A stretch of 63,816 bases of DNA, the filler included, from Deltaproteobacteria bacterium (GTDB lineage: Bacteria; JAEEML01): the NCBI GenBank assembly GCA_016283195.1. It is 8 parts of 8 records of this genome, joined end to end, with 100 filler letters (N's around TTAATTAATTAA, not from the genome) between each part and the next. Parts side by side here need not be neighbours in the genome. Positions count along the whole stretch, not along the records: positions 55,428 to 60,989 come from JAEEML010000112.1; positions 61,090 to 63,816 come from JAEEML010000126.1; 6 more parts are not named here. The stretch is one strand, 5' to 3'. Position 1 is the stretch's first letter. Each line of letters begins with the position of its first letter. This document shows, in pieces, positions 58,305-63,816 of this stretch. Under the pieces are notes generated by a model. That model was not told the origin of the DNA. It was given only the letters and a program-made list of their open reading frames with translations, and made no database searches. Position numbers and translations under genes: made by a program.

Positions 58305-58877
58305 ATGCACATTCTCTTACTCTACGGCAGCCCGCGCAAGAAAGGCCTCACCGCCCAAATGCTGAACATCATGCGCGAAGAGTGCGAAAAAAGAGGCGAC
58401 ACGGTTGAAGCCCTATTTATCAGCGAATTAACCGTAAAACCCTGCCTCGGTTGCAAAGTGTGCCGCGACAAGGGAGCCTGCGTTTTGCCTGAAGACGACG
58501 CCCAGCGAGTGCTCAAAATGCTGCAAAAGACCGATGCCGTCATCATTGGCTCGCCATGCTATTGGGGCAACATCCCCGGCCAGCTCAAAGTTCTCTTCGA
58601 CCGCCTGGTCTATGGCCTGATGCGCGACACTCCGCGCTTCCCCGAGCCGCTGATGAAAGGCAAAAAATGTCTTCTCGTCAGCACCGCCACCACCCCCTGG
58701 CCCTTCAATATTCTCTTTAACCAAACCCGCGGCGCCGTTAAAGCTCTGCGCGAAATATGCCGCTATTCCGGCTTTAAAATTGTCGCTGCCGTTGAGCGCG
58801 GCGGCACCGTAAAAGAACCAAAACTTACGGAAAAAGATCGCCGAAAATGCCTGGCGGCGGTTAAGAAATTAAAATAA
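58305..58877 (+). CDS. Flavodoxin-like / NADPH-dependent FMN reductase family protein (iron-sulfur flavoprotein type)
   Basis: GSPRK.G.T, C..C..C.....C, GSP.YW. Confidence 0.9.
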   Translation: MHILLLYGSPRKKGLTAQMLNIMREECEKRGDTVEALFISELTVKPCLGCKVCRDKGACVLPEDDAQRVLKMLQKTDAVIIGSPCYWGNIPGQLKVLFDRLVYGLMRDTPRFPEPLMKGKKCLLVSTATTPWPFNILFNQTRGAVKALREICRYSGFKIVAAVERGGTVKEPKLTEKDRRKCLAAVKKLK

Positions 58878-58893
58878 AAATCGCGCTTTTTGC

Positions 58894-60420
58894 TTAATTG
58901 TCGCTGGAGCCGTCAATACGGCTAAAGGTGAGCTTTTGATCGGTTCCGGCACTGTAATAATAGCCGCTTTGGGCCGGGCCGCCATCTTCCGGAAGGTCAA
59001 AATAAAGGACATCGCTGTTAGTTGCATGATAAAGCAGCGCATTTTCTTGGAACGGCAACAATGTGAAAGAACCGTCCTGGTCATCCACCAGTATGACATT
59101 GTCTTCGGCGCGATAAACAATGTTAAAATTATATGTTGGGCCCAAATCATCATATTGGTACTGCCCCAAAAGGCGCTGGCGTGCGTCAGCTGTCAGCTCA
59201 AACATTTCCGGAAAGACATCATCAACAAGGGCTTTAATGACTTTCTCATTTTCGCCCAATAATTGCGCGAGAGCCATCGGCGCCGTTTCATACACTGGCC
59301 CATCATTATTGCAAACAGCCGCAATACCTATTTGCGCATCTGGTGAAAAGCCTAAAAAGCTGATAAACGAACCGGTGTTGCCATCGTGATAGATAACATT
59401 GCCAATTTTAGCAATAGCGTCTTTATCCACTATATAGTCGGCAATCCAGCTGATACCGGTCATCCAAAGCATGCCGATTTGCGAGCCGTCACCAACATCG
59501 GTAATAGGCTCAAATGCTTTAAGCAGCATGTCCTTTCCTTGAAAATCTTCTTTACTCATGGCCATTTGCGCAAGGCGGGCCAATTCATTTAAATTGGCGT
59601 GCAAAGCTCCGGCCGGCGCATTGCCACCACCATTAAAATCGGTGTCGGCCATGGGCAAAAGATTATGGCCAAGACCATGAATGTTGATGGGCGATTTGGT
59701 GTTTATGCCAGGCACGCCCAATGGCTCGGTTACCCGGTGGGCAATTAAGGTTTCCCAAGATTCTTCTTTAGCGCAAATAGCCAGAGCATGGCTCAAAATA
59801 GAGAGGCCATAGTTGCTATAGGCATATTTGCCGATTTTTTTGCGTTTGGTTTTTGAGAGCTTTTGCCAAAACTGCTCTACCGTAATGTTGCTGATGACCC
59901 CGCCATTGCCATCCGGTATCTCTTCCCAAAGGTTTGGAGAATAATCACGCGGCAAACCTGATGTGTGCGTGGCCAGCATACCCAGAGTAATATCTTCCAA
60001 CCCGGTGGTATCTATACCTTTGGGCATACAGTCGGTGAGCGGGGTATCAATGGTAATCAGCCCTTCATTGACCATGGAAGCCATAGCGAGGCCGGTAAAA
60101 GTTTTGGAAATAGAACCAATCTGAAAATATTCGGCCCCGAGATTTTGCGAATTGGCATAGTCTCCCAATCCCCGCACCGAAACGCCATCGGCTGTTATCA
60201 CCGCATAAGCCACCCCTTTGGCATATTGCGAATCAACTAAACGCTGCATGGTATAAAGGATGGCATCGGCCGCTTTTTCGCTGGTAGCCGACGGCTTAGG
60301 CGCACCGACAAAGGCCTGTTTTGGCTTATTATCATCTTCTTCTTTATCTTGATGGCAAGCAGGCAGAATAACCGGCAAAACCAGCGCCAAGAGCAAAATA
60401 CTTTTTTTAAAAACAGACAT
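58894..60420 (-). CDS. Serine hydrolase (beta-lactamase class C/PBP family) lipoprotein
   Basis: Lipobox LPAC; SISK (SxxK), LATHTSGL, YSN, HDG. Confidence 0.88.
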   Translation of the reverse strand: MSVFKKSILLLALVLPVILPACHQDKEEDDNKPKQAFVGAPKPSATSEKAADAILYTMQRLVDSQYAKGVAYAVITADGVSVRGLGDYANSQNLGAEYFQIGSISKTFTGLAMASMVNEGLITIDTPLTDCMPKGIDTTGLEDITLGMLATHTSGLPRDYSPNLWEEIPDGNGGVISNITVEQFWQKLSKTKRKKIGKYAYSNYGLSILSHALAICAKEESWETLIAHRVTEPLGVPGINTKSPINIHGLGHNLLPMADTDFNGGGNAPAGALHANLNELARLAQMAMSKEDFQGKDMLLKAFEPITDVGDGSQIGMLWMTGISWIADYIVDKDAIAKIGNVIYHDGNTGSFISFLGFSPDAQIGIAAVCNNDGPVYETAPMALAQLLGENEKVIKALVDDVFPEMFELTADARQRLLGQYQYDDLGPTYNFNIVYRAEDNVILVDDQDGSFTLLPFQENALLYHATNSDVLYFDLPEDGGPAQSGYYYSAGTDQKLTFSRIDGSSDN

Positions 60421-60460
60421 ATTTATCTCCAAGTTAAAATATTTAGTGCATTCTTTAAAA

Positions 60461-60498
60461 AAAAAAGAGGCGGGGAAGTTACCCTCCCCGCCTCTTTT
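60461..60498 (-). terminator. Intrinsic terminator
   Basis: AAAAGAGGCGGGGA...TCCCCGCCTCTTTT hairpin with a long T tract on the minus strand. Confidence 0.85.
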
Positions 60499-60532
60499 AA
60501 ATCACCAAATGTGCTTCTATTTTCGCTTAAAA

Positions 60533-60760
60533 TCAGGCAGCATCGCTGGCCGCATCAGCGGCAGGAGCAGCATCGCTGGCCGCATCGGCGGCAGGAGCAG
60601 CTTCTTCAGCAGCAGCAGGAGCTTCTTCGGCAACAGGAGCAGCTTCAGCAGCAGGAGCAGCTTCGGGGCCGGCAGCCGGAGCAGGTTTATTACCACCGCA
60701 AGCGGCAACAGCAGAAAGAGCAAAGAAAGAAGCAGCAACAGCCAATGTTTTCAGTTTCAT
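60533..60760 (-). CDS. Small Ala/Pro/Glu-repeat lipoprotein
   Basis: Lipobox VAAC; AAPAAE-type repeats; 30-bp tandem duplication from 60537; AGGAGG SD. Confidence 0.8.
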   Translation of the reverse strand: MKLKTLAVAASFFALSAVAACGGNKPAPAAGPEAAPAAEAAPVAEEAPAAAEEAAPAADAASDAAPAADAASDAA

Positions 60761-60892
60761 AGTGTACCTCCTTAAGTATTCACTTACACGCTTCGATCGC
60801 TTATTTTGCCGAGGCATCTTCAACTTTCTTGCTCGGCAAGAACTGAAAGCAAAAGTCTTCTAACAAAATAAATATCGCATATCAACACTTTT

Positions 60893-60988
60893 TTACGATT
60901 TATTTTGTCCTTTTTTCATTGTGGTCCATCCCTCAATTACCCGCTGACGGCTACGGCCCAGAGCCAGCGAATCAGCCGGTACCTCCGA
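60893..60988 (-). CDS. glmU: C-terminal end of GlmU (5'-truncated)
   Basis: Manual translation SEVPADSLALGRSRQRVIEGW...stop matches the GlmU C-terminal pattern. Confidence 0.7.
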   Translation of the reverse strand, partial: SEVPADSLALGRSRQRVIEGWTTMKKGQNKS

Positions 60989-61089
60989 ANNNNNNNNNNN
61001 NNNNNNNNNNNNNNNNNNNNNNNNNNNNNNNNNTTAATTAATTAANNNNNNNNNNNNNNNNNNNNNNNNNNNNNNNNNNNNNNNNNNNN

Positions 61090-63535
61090 ATCAGCCATGC
61101 CGTTTATTTTGGTGATTGCCCTGTTAGTCATTGGCGGGGTGGCTTTGGAATATCTCACTCCTTATGGCTATTTTGGCTATAAACTCTTTAATGAGTCACT
61201 TGATGATTCACCTAAAGCCGAACCGGGAAAAGCGCCTCTGGCCGTGGCTACCACAAGTGATAGCGCTAGCGAAGCAAAAGCACCGCCAAAGGCCGAGGCC
61301 ATTAAGTCGCCGGGTGAAAACAGGGCGCAGGAGGCCGAAATACAAGGCCTGCCAACTATGACTGATGTCAACAAGTGGAATATTGAGCTTCTTGGCAACC
61401 TGATTAGCGATTATTTAACCGAGGGGGCCGATTCGGCTGAAATTAAGCCCTTGCTGGAAGTAGCTCTTTTGCGCTCTGCCGTTCTCTTGGAAAACAGTGA
61501 GAGCAAAGCTCGGCTCTTAGAAATAACCAAGAGTGATAATACCCCGACAGGTAAGGCCATTTATGCTGTTTTTGCGCCTAAAGGCACGCCGCTTGTAGCC
61601 ATAAACAAGCTGAATAAGACTCCAAACAGGCGGCAACTGGCCCATCAACTTACTCTCTATATGCATTTAAGACAAAAGGCTTATCCCAAAGCGTTGCAAG
61701 CCCTTAAAACACTTTGCAAATATCCCGATTATTGCCGCGATGGAGCTATCGCCTACCTGCTTAGGGCTCCGGCTCAGGGCCCTGCCGGTTATCAAGCAGC
61801 TTTTAATGCCCTGCCGGCAAAATTCAAACAGGATACCTTGCTGAAAGTTTTGGTGGCTCACCGCCTGGATAACGAGCGCCAACCGGTAAAGGCTAATATT
61901 TTACTCTCCGGTATTACTTTGCCGCAAAAAGAGCTCATGCCAAACGACCGCGGCTGGCTTACTATGCGCGATATAAATCGCCTGATTGCCAGAGGGCAAA
62001 TGAAAGAGGCACTGGCCACTATTGATGATTTACTGACCATCCAGCCTTATACACCGGCCTTGCAAAATGTTTCCGGCGATTTATATAGCTGGCTGGGAGA
62101 TTATGAGACAGCCATCAAAACTTTTGCCCGTTTAGCAGAAGAAGAAACACCGGAAAAACAGGAATATCAAGCCAAATTCTGGTTTACTATTCTTTTGAGC
62201 GGCGACAAAGATACCGCCGAAAAAGAGCTGGCCAATGTTGCTGCTGCCGATCAGCAAAAGCCCTATTATAAAGTGGCAAGTGCTTGGTTAAAGAGCCTGA
62301 GCGCAGAGCCGGCAAAAGCAGAAATTGCCGATTTAACTAAGATTTTCAATAAATATCCGGAAGTAACAGCTCTCTCTATGCATTATGAACCGCTAACCGC
62401 GCTCATGGATGACAATGCCATTCTTTTACCCACCAATAAACCTTGGAGCAGCAGACCGATAGCCATTATGCGCCGCCTGGCCTATTATACCGGGCGCCAC
62501 ATGCCGGTAAAAGCTCTGGAACAATTTAATCAAATAACTCCGGCCAATTACAGCGTTATAAATCCGGTAGAACTGCGCACCATAGTAGCTTCTCTGCATC
62601 TGATGATGAATCGCCTGCCTGATGCCCTAAGACAACTGGAACCCTTGGAAGAAGAAGTACCGAATAATCTGTCCTTTGTTACCACCATGGCCAAAATAAA
62701 AGCGGCTCTTAATGAGCACGCCAAAGCCGCCGAACTCTACAAAAGAGCCGCCGAGCTCAAAAAAGGCGATCAGGCGCTGGAACTGGCCGCGGCCAAAGAG
62801 TATATGGCTGCCGGCGAAATGGCCGCTGCTCAGGAAATTTTGACACCGCTTAACGAAGACCATGCCGGCAATGAGGAGATTCTGCTGGCACTGGCCGAAA
62901 GCTGGCTAAAGCAAGATAATAACAAAGCACGCCGCTATATCACCGAGGCTATCCAGATAAACGGTAAAAACAGCTACTATTTCACCATATTGGGTATTTG
63001 TGAGGCTGGTAGCGGCCGCACCGCCGATGCTTTTAAGAATTATGAAAAAGCTCTCTCTCTGGATGGGCAAAATAAGTTGGCACTGCGCAAAATGGCCGAG
63101 CTGGCCATGGAGCAGGAGAGTTATAAGCAGGCAACATCTTATATTGGTCGCTTATTAAAATTGACTCCCGCCGATGCCGCCTTGCACATCATGCTGGCCG
63201 AAGCCTACAGCGAGCTGGATGACCTCACCAAGGCCGCCGCTTCTTACCAAAGTGCCCTGCGCCTTGTGCCCAATAACAGTGATGTAATGGTAAAACTAGC
63301 GGCCATTTATAAGCAAATGGAGCGCTTAAATGATGCACAAAAGCTCTACGAAAATGCCGTAAAGGCCAATCCCAAAAATGCCGCTGCTCACCTTGAACTG
63401 GGCTATTTTTATAAAGATCTCGGCCGCGATGCCAAAGCTATTGCCATGTTTAAAAAGTATTTGGAACTGGCCCCAGATTCCGAAGAAGCCACCCAAGTAA
63501 AACAGGATATCGCCGATTTAACCGGTGGCAACTGA
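61090..63535 (+). CDS. Membrane-anchored TPR-repeat protein (probably 5'-truncated)
   Basis: TM helix followed by many TPR motifs. Confidence 0.85.
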
Positions 63536-63576
63536 TAAGCCTCTTTTCTGCGGCATAAGGTGCCGTTTAAACTCTC

Positions 63577-63816
63577 ATGAATAGCGGTTATCATATAAAA
63601 AACCTGGCTGTTTTTTATGGTCAAAAGCCGGCGCTCTCCATTACAGAGGCGCACATAGAGCCTGGCGAAATGGTGGCCCTCATCGGCCCCAACGGTGCCG
63701 GCAAAAGCACATTTTTGGCTACTATGGCCGGGCTCCTGCCGCCAGTTTCCGGAATCATCACCTTTAACGAGCGGACGCTTAAAGAGCTTACTTTATCAGA
63801 GCGGGCTAAGGAGCTA
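63577..63816 (+). CDS. ABC transporter ATP-binding protein (iron/cobalamin type), 3'-truncated
   Basis: Manual translation MNSGYHIKNL...LIGPNGAGKST. Confidence 0.85.
   Translation, partial: MNSGYHIKNLAVFYGQKPALSITEAHIEPGEMVALIGPNGAGKSTFLATMAGLLPPVSGIITFNERTLKELTLSERAKEL

Noticed and set aside
60349-60775. Gln/Ser-rich plus-strand ORFs
   Set aside because: Antisense shadows of the repeat lipoprotein.

Overview
The window is not contiguous. It consists of eight contig pieces of a draft or metagenome-assembled bacterial genome, joined by 100-nt N spacers containing TTAATTAATTAA (9307-9406, 15455-15554, 31791-31890, 37477-37576, 45272-45371, 55328-55427, 60990-61089). Gene content points to a diderm, probably anaerobic, Myxococcota/deltaproteobacterium-like organism (inference): kdsA/kdsB, an LpxL-like acyltransferase, pilMNOP, a myxobacterial-type T3SS inner-rod-like gene next to a FliA/WhiG-like sigma factor, many lipoproteins, and [FeFe]-hydrogenase maturase HydE. 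Housekeeping genes include ligA, mutL, rpsA, cysK, hflC/hflK, tlyA, a glmU 3' end and tRNA-Pro(TGG). The strongest candidate for an undescribed system is a minus-strand cassette at 42806-44777: a sigma70 promoter, then a membrane-anchored DUF2726-like (degenerate PD-(D/E)XK fold) protein, then a ~180-nt highly structured RNA closed by an 11-bp retron-like outer stem and followed by an intrinsic terminator, then a stand-alone group-II-like reverse transcriptase (YADD) with a non-canonical IAG in place of PQG. Other notable items: 33-bp-period repeat arrays upstream of both AAA+/DUF4143 ATPase genes; an Rpn gene with a clear internal start for a C-terminal small protein; a lipoprotein with an aerolysin-like pore-forming signature inside a lipoprotein cluster; a coiled-coil/Imm49-like fusion; and a complete sigma54 promoter architecture. 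All family assignments are by motif recognition only; no database searches were run.
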